From: a virus
Lineage: Duplodnaviria > Caudoviricetes
Length of the DNA stretch: 26,344 bases
Direction: 5' to 3' (one strand)
IMG/VR virus record: IMGVR_UViG_3300032233_001718
Coordinates: 1 to 26,344 of that record
Part shown: one piece after another, positions 1-7,484 of the stretch
Position numbering within the stretch: the stretch's first letter is position 1
Layout of the letters: every line of letters begins with the position of its first letter
Made by a program: the position numbers and the translations under genes
The notes under the pieces: model-generated
Seen by the model: the letters and a program-made list of their open reading frames with translations, nothing else
Database searches by the model: none
Told to the model about the DNA's origin: nothing

Positions 1-2
1 TC

Positions 3-176
3 ATCGACATGATGAAGGCGATGGTTGACAAGACGATTGAGGAGCGAGAGAGCAAGGACATTGACAGCGACACGTTTGCGAAAGCCGTGATGCTGGCGTT
101 GCTCGCATACTCTTGTTCGTGCAGCGACAACCAGGCCGACGTTGAAACCATCAGCGGATTCACGGTCGAGATTTGA
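3..176 (+). CDS. Hypothetical protein, 5'-truncated by window edge
   Basis: Open frame 3 from window start (IDMMKAMVDKTIEERESKDIDSDTFAKAVMLALLAY...TVEI) to TGA at 174-176. Confidence 0.6.
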   Translation: MDMMKAMVDKTIEERESKDIDSDTFAKAVMLALLAYSCSCSDNQADVETISGFTVEI

Positions 177-189
177 TGGTGGATGGTGG

Positions 190-224
190 ATCGTTGCGTG
201 TTCCGAAAGGTCACGCAACGGTTT
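190..224 (+). terminator. Intergenic stem-loop with short U-tract (putative terminator/processing site)
   Basis: CGTTGCGTG (192-200) pairs with CACGCAACG (212-220), capped by CC-GAAA-GG; followed by GTTT. Confidence 0.55.
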
Positions 225-238
225 GAAAGGGGATCAGC

Positions 239-598
239 ATGACGAAGTTTCTCAGCATCCTGAATCAGATTCGCATTTTTCATTGGCAGACCAAGAGCTA
301 CGCGGAACACAAGGCTCTTGGAAAGTTGTACGACAATCTTGACGAACTGGTCGATGACTTCGTTGAGACTTTCAGCGGTCGATACGGCAAGGTTCCCACG
401 GCATCCGACTTGTTCAAGACTCAGGCATCGAACTACGTTGACAACGCCGACGTGATCGAGTATCTGAATCAGGTCGTGCAGTATCTTGAGCAGGAAATCC
501 CCGACTCTCTCGACGTGAACGACACGGAACTGCTGAACATCCGCGACGACATGCTTGCCGCCGTGAATCACACCAAGTACTTGCTCCGGTTGAAGTGA
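239..598 (+). CDS. Ferritin/Dps-like four-helix bundle protein (DUF5856-like phage family)
   Basis: HWQT-SYAEHKAL-LYD-LDELVDDFVE motif resembles the Dps HW...H...E..D..AE ferroxidase signature; C-terminal ELLNIRDDML...TKYLL; purine-rich RBS upstream. Confidence 0.8.
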   Translation: MTKFLSILNQIRIFHWQTKSYAEHKALGKLYDNLDELVDDFVETFSGRYGKVPTASDLFKTQASNYVDNADVIEYLNQVVQYLEQEIPDSLDVNDTELLNIRDDMLAAVNHTKYLLRLK

Positions 599-607
599 GA
601 CTTGGTT

Positions 608-642
608 CCCTTGGTGCTGGGCCGAAGCTCAGCATCGGGTTT
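608..642 (+). terminator. Intergenic stem-loop with short U-tract
   Basis: GGTGCTGGGC-CGAA-GCTCAGCATC 10-bp stem (two G-U), extended by CCC/GGG, then TTT. Confidence 0.55.
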
Positions 643-688
643 GAATGGACTGCTCGCCCTTGTCGGGCGATACAAACAGGGAGGTTTC

Positions 689-883
689 ATGCTTGTCGTG
701 ACCATCAGGGTCGGTGAGCACGCCACCATCAGCGTGCCAGGCAGAGGCGAATGCGTGATCCACGCCGTCGCCGCCAATCATCACGGTTGTCGAGTTGGAT
801 TCGAGTGTCCCAAGGACTGGCAGATTTGCCGGTCGGACGCGAAGGATCAACGTCCACGCAATCACAAGGAGGAATCGAAATGA
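689..883 (+). CDS. csrA: CsrA/RsmA-like carbon storage regulator (RNA-binding translational regulator)
   Basis: MLVVTIRVGE...RVGFECPKDWQICRSD aligns with CsrA MLILTRRVGE...VRIGVNAPKEVSVHREE; 64 aa; SD GGGAGG at 679-684 supports ATG 689 rather than 602. Confidence 0.75.
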   Translation: MLVVTIRVGEHATISVPGRGECVIHAVAANHHGCRVGFECPKDWQICRSDAKDQRPRNHKEESK

Positions 884-1893
884 CCATTGCGTTGCAGCAA
901 TTCCCGGACGGTCATCGCCTGACCAATTCGCAGATCAGCACGTTCCGCACATGCCAGCGGAAGGAATACTACCGCAATCGCTTGGGCGTTGCGCCCGAGA
1001 ACTCGGGCAAGGCTTTGCGATTCGGCACGATGATCCATCTCGGGATCGAGTTGGTGGCGAAGGGACTTCCGCTCAGCGAGGCGACGAAGCAAATCGCCAA
1101 GCAGTACGAGAGCATCAGGTTCTCGGGTGTCGATGATCCTCGAAACATCGAGATGGAATCGGCCACGGTCATTTGTCTCACCAACGCCTATCACTGGTGG
1201 TGGGGTTGCGATACTCGCACCGACTTGTTGGTGTCCACTAACATCGCAACCGAGGAACAGTTTGAGGTGAAGATCCCGTATCAGAAGCGGGTCTTTGCTG
1301 GCAAGATCGACGGCATCGTCAGGCTCGGCAACGGCCAGGTTGCCCTGCGTGAAACCAAGACGACGAGCGAGGACTGTTCCCCGAGCAGCGACTACTACGC
1401 TCGCCTGCGAATCGACAATCAGATCAGCGGGTACGTCGTTGCGGCCAAGAGCCTCAACGTGCGAATCGACACGATTCTGTACGACATCATTCGCAAGCCG
1501 ACCATCAGGCCGTACTCGGCCACGCCTGCCGAGTCACGCAAATACACCAAAGAGGGCAAGCTCTACGCCAACCAGCGTGAGCATGATGAAACGCCGGACG
1601 AGTTTTACACTCGTCTGTCCGCCGACATCATCAGCGAACCGACCAAGTATTTCTACAGGTACAACATCCCGCGTCTGGAATCGGACTTGCAGGATTGGAA
1701 GGATGAGTTGATCGACACGATGCGGGAAATGGACACGGCGTACAAGTCAGGTCGGGCACCACGCAATACTGCTGCGTGCTTGGCCTATGGCCGATGCCCC
1801 TATCTCGATGTGTGTCATTCGGGTATTGTCGAGGGCGGCAGTGTGCCCCCCGGTTTCAGGATTGCCACCAAGTCACATGAGGAGTTGGAATGA
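880..1893 (+). CDS. PD-(D/E)XK exonuclease, Cas4/AddB-like with probable Fe-S staple
   Basis: LTNSQISTFRTCQRK, FGTMIH, GKIDG, ETKT, QISGY motifs; one N-terminal Cys plus C-terminal CLAYGRCPYLDVC; SD AGGAGG before ATG 880. Confidence 0.88.
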   Translation: MTIALQQFPDGHRLTNSQISTFRTCQRKEYYRNRLGVAPENSGKALRFGTMIHLGIELVAKGLPLSEATKQIAKQYESIRFSGVDDPRNIEMESATVICLTNAYHWWWGCDTRTDLLVSTNIATEEQFEVKIPYQKRVFAGKIDGIVRLGNGQVALRETKTTSEDCSPSSDYYARLRIDNQISGYVVAAKSLNVRIDTILYDIIRKPTIRPYSATPAESRKYTKEGKLYANQREHDETPDEFYTRLSADIISEPTKYFYRYNIPRLESDLQDWKDELIDTMREMDTAYKSGRAPRNTAACLAYGRCPYLDVCHSGIVEGGSVPPGFRIATKSHEELE

Positions 1894-2723
1894 TTCCCCG
1901 TCCCCCCACCCAACCAGGACCGCCGACCGTCAAGCCGGTCAAGATGCTTGACCTCAAGCCCCGCGTTGCATCGAAGCCCGTGCCACGCATTGTGTACTAC
2001 GCCGTCGAAGGGTTCGGCAAGACCACGTTTGCAGCCGGTGGTCCCGATCCCGTCGTGCTTGCAGCCCGTGATGAAAAGGGCGTGCAACGCCTGCTTGACA
2101 GCGGCACGATCAAGCCCCTGCCGGTGATCGACATTGCCGATTGGAATGAACTGTTGTCAACGCTGGATGCCTTGGCGAGTCAGCAGCATGACCGCAAGAC
2201 CATCGTGCTTGATTCGCTTGGTGCGTTCGAGCGTTTGTGTCAGGAAGAAGTCATCAGGCGAGATTTCAAGGGCGACCCCGGCGATGGCGGTTTCCTTGGT
2301 TTCGGTCGCGGACCCAAGGTGTGCCTCACCGAATGGACGAGGCTGTTGCAGAAGCTTGACGCACTCAACGCGAAAGGCATGATGATCGTGGTTCTCGGTC
2401 ATTCGTACGTTGAGAAATTCAAGAACCCCACGGGTGCGGACTTCGACCGATTCTCTTGCAAGATGGACCCGCTTGCGTGGTCGATGGTCAAGGGCTGGGC
2501 CGACTGCGTTTGGTTTGGCAACTTCCTGACCATCACGCAGCAGGCCAGCAAGCTTGCGAAAGCCAAGGGAATTGGTGGAACAGACCGAGTTGTGTACACT
2601 CAACGTCGAGACTCGCATGACGCGAAGCCTGGGTACGTCATGCCGAGCGAGATCGTGTTGCCGGAAGACCCGGCTCAGGTTTGGAATGAGTTGACCCAGC
2701 ACATTTTCAACAGGAGTGTTTGA
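1890..2723 (+). CDS. AAA_24 / Sak4-like P-loop ATPase (single-strand annealing recombinase)
   Basis: Walker A AVEGFGKTT, Walker B IVLDS, VLGH motif, WADCVWF; located between exonuclease and SSB-like gene. Confidence 0.85.
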   Translation: MIPRPPTQPGPPTVKPVKMLDLKPRVASKPVPRIVYYAVEGFGKTTFAAGGPDPVVLAARDEKGVQRLLDSGTIKPLPVIDIADWNELLSTLDALASQQHDRKTIVLDSLGAFERLCQEEVIRRDFKGDPGDGGFLGFGRGPKVCLTEWTRLLQKLDALNAKGMMIVVLGHSYVEKFKNPTGADFDRFSCKMDPLAWSMVKGWADCVWFGNFLTITQQASKLAKAKGIGGTDRVVYTQRRDSHDAKPGYVMPSEIVLPEDPAQVWNELTQHIFNRSV

Positions 2724-2724
2724 T

Positions 2725-3384
2725 ATGGCGACGGATCGTTCGCAGTTGTGGGCCGAGTCCGGTGATTACCGTGGCGTTCCCACCAGCATCATGTTCAAGG
2801 AAACCAGCAAGGGCACGCCGTACATGGAGGTGACGTTTACGGTGCAAGGGCACCCGAAGTACGTCAAGCTCTGGCTCAGCGAAAAGAGCCAGGATCGAAC
2901 CATGACGTTGCTCAAGGATCTCGGTTTCAACAACGACTGGGAGAACCCGGCAGTCACTCGCACGACCGAGGTGCAGTTGTCGTGCAAGCACAATGAGTGG
3001 CAGGGCAAGTGGTACGAGGAATGGTCTTTCTGGGGTGAGCGTCAAGCCGCCGCCCCCATCGCCAAGACGAAGGCCGCAGCGTACGCCGCCGCGTTCCGCA
3101 ACGTGGCTGGTGTGACCAAGCCAGCTGCGCCAGCGGCACCGCTTGCTCCCCTTCCCAAGCCGCCTGCTGCTTCTCCTCCGGCTCCTCCGGCTCCAACCCC
3201 TCCTGCTCCGAGTACTCCCGCTCCTCTTGCCTCAACCGAAGACGAAGCTTGGGCCGTGTTCTGCAAGGAATACTTGGACGACGAGGCTCGCAACAACAGT
3301 TGGCTGAAGACCATTGCGGAGATCAAGCCCAAGACTCCTGGAGACTGGAACAGGGTCGCACAGGTCGCCATGCTTCCCTTCTGA
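2725..3384 (+). CDS. Putative single-stranded DNA-binding protein (DUF669-like OB fold) with Pro/Ala linker
   Basis: ETSKGTPYMEVTF and CKHNEWQGK motifs, terminal LPF, position after Sak4-like ATPase; SD AGGAG 2712-2716 before ATG 2725. Confidence 0.7.
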   Translation: MATDRSQLWAESGDYRGVPTSIMFKETSKGTPYMEVTFTVQGHPKYVKLWLSEKSQDRTMTLLKDLGFNNDWENPAVTRTTEVQLSCKHNEWQGKWYEEWSFWGERQAAAPIAKTKAAAYAAAFRNVAGVTKPAAPAAPLAPLPKPPAASPPAPPAPTPPAPSTPAPLASTEDEAWAVFCKEYLDDEARNNSWLKTIAEIKPKTPGDWNRVAQVAMLPF

Positions 3385-3404
3385 CGTACTCATCTCTCCT
3401 GTCC

Positions 3405-3437
3405 CCTTGCACGCTTCTGACGGGGCGTGCAGGGTTT
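3405..3437 (+). terminator. Intergenic stem-loop with short U-tract after SSB gene
   Basis: CCTTGCACGCTTC-TGAC-GGGGCGTGCAGGG followed by TTT and directly by ATG 3438. Confidence 0.55.
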
Positions 3438-4247
3438 ATGCACCTATTCCACCCCGATTGCTTGAAGTCTCCCGAGATGACGCCGGAGCAGTACGCGCAA
3501 CTGCTTCAATCAATGCAAGATAACGGGTTCGATTCTCAGTATCCCATCATTCGTTTCGACGGCATGATCCTCGACGGGCGGCATCGGTACAAGGCCGCGA
3601 AGGAGATGGGGATCGAACCCGTGTTTGTGGACTGGAAGCCGGTCGGCAATGACACCCCGGCGAAGTTCGCCCTTCGCTCGAACATCCGGCGTGACATGAC
3701 GGTTTCGCAGAAAGCCGCGTACATGGTTCGCATGAACGGAGGCGAGTTGTCGATCAGCGAAATGGCGGACATGGCAAACGTGTCGCCCCGCACCATCGCC
3801 AAAGCCAAGGCGATTCAGCGTGAAGCACCCGAGATGATCGAGCAGATTGCAAGCGGCGAGATTACCCTCGCGGATGCGGAACGAACACTCGAAGAACCGA
3901 AGGCTGTTGCCGAAGAAGAACCCACCAAAGATCAGGCTGAAGCGGCGTTGGCGAGCAAGGCCAGGTTCAACGAGGTCGTCAAGCAGGTGAGTTTGCTTGA
4001 GGCCGCGATTGAAAATCTTGCACGCGATCCGATTGGGTGCAAGGTTCGCATGAATCAGATCAGCGTCGAGTGCAAGAACATCCGAGATGCGATTCGATGG
4101 GCCACGCCGTTCAAGCGTTGCCCGTACAAGACGTGCAGCACGACCGGGTGCAAGGCGTGCGGTGGAAATCAGTGGGTCACGAAGGATGTATGGAACAACA
4201 TCCCCAAGGAGATCAAGGGAAATGAAGCTCAGGCCGTACCAGAATGA
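3438..4247 (+). CDS. ParB/Srx N-terminal domain protein with HTH and C-terminal Cys cluster
   Basis: PII-FDGMILDGRHRYKAA ParB box; SNIRRDMT-SQKA; HTH SISEMADMANVSPRTIAKAK; CPYKTCSTTGCKAC. Confidence 0.82.
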   Translation: MHLFHPDCLKSPEMTPEQYAQLLQSMQDNGFDSQYPIIRFDGMILDGRHRYKAAKEMGIEPVFVDWKPVGNDTPAKFALRSNIRRDMTVSQKAAYMVRMNGGELSISEMADMANVSPRTIAKAKAIQREAPEMIEQIASGEITLADAERTLEEPKAVAEEEPTKDQAEAALASKARFNEVVKQVSLLEAAIENLARDPIGCKVRMNQISVECKNIRDAIRWATPFKRCPYKTCSTTGCKACGGNQWVTKDVWNNIPKEIKGNEAQAVPE

Positions 4248-5853
4248 AACAGTCAACAGCGTCATCGAGAAGTTGACGAACAACAAGTCAACGCTTGTCG
4301 TCTTGCCAACGGGTGCAGGCAAGACCGTGTGCTTCGCTCACTTGTGCAAGCACTACATGCAGCATGGTCGCGTCATGGTGATTGCCCATCGTGAGGAGTT
4401 GATCCGGCAAGCGGCCAGCAAGATCGAGCAGATCACCGGCTATCGCCCGTCGATTGAAATGGCGAGCGAGTACAGCGACGAGATGGGATTCGCCAAGCCC
4501 AGGATCGTCGTCAGCAGCGTTCAAACTCTCGTCACCGGCAGGATGATGAGGTTCGATCCGAGCGAGTTCTCGCTCGTCATCACCGACGAGGCCCACCATT
4601 GTTGTGCAGCTTCATACGCAAAGGTGTATGACCACATCCTGTCCAACAAGGCCAAGCACTTAGGCGTGACGGCCACGCCGGATCGTGCCGACGAGCAGGC
4701 GTTGGGCAAGGTGTTTGACACCGTGGCGTTCGACTACGAACTGCCCGCGATCATCGAAGATGGTTGGCTGGTGCCGATCAAACAAAGCATGGTGATGATC
4801 GAGGGTCTTGACTACAGCAGGGCCAAGACCACAGCGGGCGACTTGAATCAGGCCGACGTTGCTTCGGCTCAGGCGAACGAACACATCCTGCATGAGATGA
4901 TTTCACCGATCATCGAGATTGCTGGCACTCGCAAGACCATCGTGTTCGCCACGCCCGGCAGCAAGAAGCCTGACGGCGACGAGGATGGGTTTCACATTGC
5001 CGAGCGAATGACCGAGATCCTGAATCGGCACAAGCCCAACTCAGCCCGTCGAGTGTCGCAAGATACGCCCAAGCCCGAGCGTCGGCAGATGCTTCAGGAC
5101 TTTGCTGAGGGTCGATTCCAGTTTCTCGTCAACGTCGGCGTGTTGACGGAAGGGTTTGACGATCCGACAATCAAGGTCGTGGCGATCACTCGCCCCACCA
5201 AGAGCCGCAGCCTGTACTCACAGATGATCGGCAGAGGCACCAGGCCGTTGCCCGGCATCGTGGACGGGTGGGAGAACAAGGCCGAACGCAAGCACGCAAT
5301 CAAAACATCGGACAAGGACCACATCGAGGTTCTTGATTTCGTGGGCAACAGCGGCAGGCACAAGCTTGTGACGACGGCTGACATTCTCGGCGGCAAATAC
5401 GACGACGAGGTTGTTGATCGAGCAAAGAAGAAAGCCGAGGAATCGGACGAAGCCGTGGACATGGCCGAGGTTCTTGAGGAAGCAAAGGACGAGATTCATC
5501 AGGAACGCAAGGCCAAGGCGAGAGCAGCGATCATCGCCCGTGCGAAGTTCACGGTGCAGAACGTCGATCCGTTCGACGTGTTTGATCTCGAACCAATGCG
5601 TGAGCGGGAATGGAACAAGGGCAAGCCGCCTACGCAGGCTCAGTGTGCAGCGTTGCAGAAGGCCGGTATTCCGGTTCACCCGAATCTCACCATGACCCAG
5701 GCCGGAAGGTTGTTGTCTGAGGAGTTCCGCCGTCGAGATGCCGGTCTTGTGGGATTTAGGGCGTTGGCGGCTGGTGCGGACAAAGACATGACAGTCAAGG
5801 AGTTGAATCAGGACCGATTCAAAATGTGGTCGCAACGATTTGCTTCTACTTGA
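4222..5853 (+). CDS. Superfamily 2 DEAD/DEAH-box helicase
   Basis: Q motif LRPYQ, PTGAGKT, DEAH, TATP, LTEGFD, QMIGRGTR; true start MKLRPYQ at 4222. Confidence 0.95.
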   Translation: MKLRPYQNETVNSVIEKLTNNKSTLVVLPTGAGKTVCFAHLCKHYMQHGRVMVIAHREELIRQAASKIEQITGYRPSIEMASEYSDEMGFAKPRIVVSSVQTLVTGRMMRFDPSEFSLVITDEAHHCCAASYAKVYDHILSNKAKHLGVTATPDRADEQALGKVFDTVAFDYELPAIIEDGWLVPIKQSMVMIEGLDYSRAKTTAGDLNQADVASAQANEHILHEMISPIIEIAGTRKTIVFATPGSKKPDGDEDGFHIAERMTEILNRHKPNSARRVSQDTPKPERRQMLQDFAEGRFQFLVNVGVLTEGFDDPTIKVVAITRPTKSRSLYSQMIGRGTRPLPGIVDGWENKAERKHAIKTSDKDHIEVLDFVGNSGRHKLVTTADILGGKYDDEVVDRAKKKAEESDEAVDMAEVLEEAKDEIHQERKAKARAAIIARAKFTVQNVDPFDVFDLEPMREREWNKGKPPTQAQCAALQKAGIPVHPNLTMTQAGRLLSEEFRRRDAGLVGFRALAAGADKDMTVKELNQDRFKMWSQRFAST

Positions 5854-5868
5854 GTAGACATCTAGACT
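5840..5868 (+). promoter_or_regulatory. Putative sigma70 promoter with palindrome in spacer
   Basis: TTGCTT(5840-5845)-N17-TAGACT(5863-5868); inverted repeat TCTACT-TG-AGTAGA 5845-5858; upstream of accessory ORF block. Confidence 0.55.
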
Positions 5869-5885
5869 GATGCAGGAGAAATGAA

Positions 5886-6275
5886 ATGATGGACGAAGAA
5901 ATCAATCGCTTTAGCCAGCAAGTCAGATCACTCAAGGAACAGATTGAAGTGCTGCAAGACGCACACATGCACGAAGTCGCGAGAGCGAATCAACTCGCTC
6001 ACGACCTTGCGATCACGCGTGCGAATCTCGAATCGCTGCGTTCGTCAATCATCGCCGCGTGTGCAGGCACTGGATGCCTCAACGCCCATGAACTGCGTCA
6101 GCGGCTCGACAGGGCCGAGGCCGAACGAAACGTGCTGCGAGCCGAGGTGAAGGCGTGGCGCGAGTGGTACGAAGAAGAGATGGACATCAACGTGACCGAG
6201 CCGCTTTTGTATCAGGCCGTGATCAACGCATGGGCCGACACCGACGCGGCGAAGGCGATGGAGGAGAAGCGATGA
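5886..6275 (+). CDS. Hypothetical coiled-coil protein
   Basis: SD AGGAG; heptad-like sequence; ends ADTDAAKAMEEKR. Confidence 0.75.
   Translation: MMDEEINRFSQQVRSLKEQIEVLQDAHMHEVARANQLAHDLAITRANLESLRSSIIAACAGTGCLNAHELRQRLDRAEAERNVLRAEVKAWREWYEEEMDINVTEPLLYQAVINAWADTDAAKAMEEKR
6242..6268 (+). repeat. Direct repeat copy 1 (CGACGCGGCGAAGGCGATGGAGGAGAA)
   Basis: 27/27 identical to 6857-6883; 21-bp core also at 7695-7715. Confidence 0.95.
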
Positions 6276-6502
6276 ACCACGAAGATGCACATAGTCTGAT
6301 CGGCTACGGCAACGGCTCCGGCAACGACAACGGCTCCGGCGACGGCTACGACAACGGCTCCGGCGACGGCTACGGCTACGGCTACGGCTACGGCTACGGC
6401 AACGGCTACGGCTACGGCAACGGCTACGGCGACGGCAACGGCTCCGGCTACGGCGACGGCTACGGCGACGGCTACGGCTCCGGCTACGGCATTGGTTATT
6501 GA
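6272..6502 (+). CDS. Gly-Tyr/Asp/Asn low-complexity repeat protein
   Basis: SD GGAGGAG, ATGA overlap with upstream stop; MNHEDAHSLIGYGNGSG...GYGIGY (76 aa). Confidence 0.7.
   Translation: MNHEDAHSLIGYGNGSGNDNGSGDGYDNGSGDGYGYGYGYGYGNGYGYGNGYGDGNGSGYGDGYGDGYGSGYGIGY
6302..6490 (+). repeat. Degenerate hexamer tandem repeat (GGCTAC/GGCAAC/GGCGAC/GGCTCC)
   Basis: Directly visible 6-bp periodicity encoding Gly-X dipeptides. Confidence 0.95.
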
Positions 6503-6531
6503 GCGGCACAGCCGCAGGAAGTGAGTGAGGA

Positions 6532-6855
6532 ATGTTGATTCAGAAGGCAATCGAAACGGCAGTGAACAAGGCTCTCGGCGTTGAGAGCGACAACATCACG
6601 CAGCAGCGACTTCAGATCGTGGTTTTGCATCGTGGTTGGGTTGTCATTGGCATGGTGGCCATCAGCGGCGACGACGTGACCATCGGAAACGCGAGCGTGA
6701 TTCGCGTGTGGGGCACGACGAAGGGCCTTGGAGAGATCGCGTTGGGTGGCCCGAACAAAGACACGATGCTTGACCAGTGCGGTGTCGTGCGTGCTCACAG
6801 AAACAGCGTGATTATGTACATCGACTGCGTGGAATCGAAGTGGAGCGGCAAGTGA
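6532..6855 (+). CDS. Conserved phage hypothetical protein (DUF6948-like small beta-barrel)
   Basis: IVVLHRGWVVIG...NASVIRVWGTTKGLGEIALGGP; resembles phage proteins commonly adjacent to GYG-repeat ORFs. Confidence 0.65.
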   Translation: MLIQKAIETAVNKALGVESDNITQQRLQIVVLHRGWVVIGMVAISGDDVTIGNASVIRVWGTTKGLGEIALGGPNKDTMLDQCGVVRAHRNSVIMYIDCVESKWSGK

Positions 6856-6856
6856 T

Positions 6857-6883
6857 CGACGCGGCGAAGGCGATGGAGGAGAA
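6857..6883 (+). repeat. Direct repeat copy 2
   Basis: Identical to 6242-6268; lies between two genes, inside a 13-codon mini-ORF 6852-6893 (VIDAAKAMEENTK). Confidence 0.95.
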
Positions 6884-6889
6884 CACGAA

Positions 6890-7219
6890 ATGATCTATGA
6901 CGAATCAGCGTTTCCGCGACCCGCAAGCATTGGAAATGACTACGTAACTGGTGAAGAGGGAGTGGTGGTAGATCCGCAGCAGGGAATGACCCTCCGCGAC
7001 TACTTCGCGGCCAAAGCGATGCAGGCCATGATCGAAAGCTTCCGAATCGTGAACCACCGAAACCCATTGATCGACGGCGATGTGAGCACCATGGAGCCGA
7101 ACCGAGAGATGATTCTCGACCGCAACACCAAGACCGGCGAATGCGATGGGGCTGCCGAGATCGCGGCCGACGCCTACGCCATTGCCGACGCCATGCTGAA
7201 AAAGCGAAATGAGCGATGA
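6890..7219 (+). CDS. Conserved phage hypothetical protein (GMTLRDYFAAKAM...AYAIADAML family)
   Basis: AFP...GMTLRDYFAAKAMQA and AYAIADAMLKKR motifs typical of a widespread small phage protein family. Confidence 0.85.
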   Translation: MIYDESAFPRPASIGNDYVTGEEGVVVDPQQGMTLRDYFAAKAMQAMIESFRIVNHRNPLIDGDVSTMEPNREMILDRNTKTGECDGAAEIAADAYAIADAMLKKRNER

Positions 7220-7246
7220 ACCCGGAGCCACGATAACGTGAGGCGC

Positions 7247-7357
7247 ATGATGATCACGCAGGACGATCTCGACAAGGCCCGACGTGAGCCACGGTTCAGG
7301 CAACCCACTTCATTCTACCGGGTGTGGTGGGGATTGGACAAAGTGATTGTCGCATAG
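7247..7357 (+). CDS. Possible 36-aa hypothetical protein
   Basis: GAGG upstream; MMITQDDLDKARREPRFRQPTSFYRVWWGLDKVIVA; below ORF-track length cutoff. Confidence 0.35.
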   Translation: MMITQDDLDKARREPRFRQPTSFYRVWWGLDKVIVA

Positions 7358-7473
7358 TGCTGGTGTGCTATCAGGAACAGGCGTGCCACTGTGGTTCAAG
7401 TCCACAACATCGTCATTAGAGGATGTCAGGTGAATGAAGGCAGGCCATGTGGGTTCGATTCCCACCGACAATC
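7345..7473 (+). ncRNA. tRNA-like structured element with two T-arms (pseudo-tRNA or novel ncRNA)
   Basis: GATTGTCG(7345-7352)/CGACAATC(7466-7473) closing stem directly after T-arm GTGGG-TTCGATT-CCCAC (7449-7465); second T-arm TGTGG-TTCAAGT-CCACA (7390-7406); no canonical anticodon arm, no CCA. Confidence 0.6.
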
Positions 7474-7484
7474 TTGGAGAAACA

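Noticed and set aside
14-24. GAAGGCGATGG partial match to the repeat
   Set aside because: Only 11 bp, mid-ORF, lacks the SD portion; likely chance.
602-4221. Longer upstream starts given in the ORF track (602, 751, 3249, 4087)
   Set aside because: They overlap upstream genes or hairpins; downstream starts have RBS or family-typical N-termini.
6045-6550. Minus-strand RS-rich and AV-rich ORFs
   Set aside because: Alternative readings of the hexamer repeat; the + strand Gly-Tyr frame has the SD and coupled start.
7007-7025. Fourth repeat copy (GCGGCCAAAGCGATGCAGG, AAKAMQ)
   Set aside because: Mismatched, mid-gene, lacks SD; part of that protein family's LRDYFAAKAM motif.
7345-7473. Canonical tRNA, tRNA-Sec or tmRNA gene
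   Set aside because: No properly placed anticodon stem-loop, extra T-arm, no CCA, too short and no Ala acceptor identity for tmRNA; kept as tRNA-like element only.
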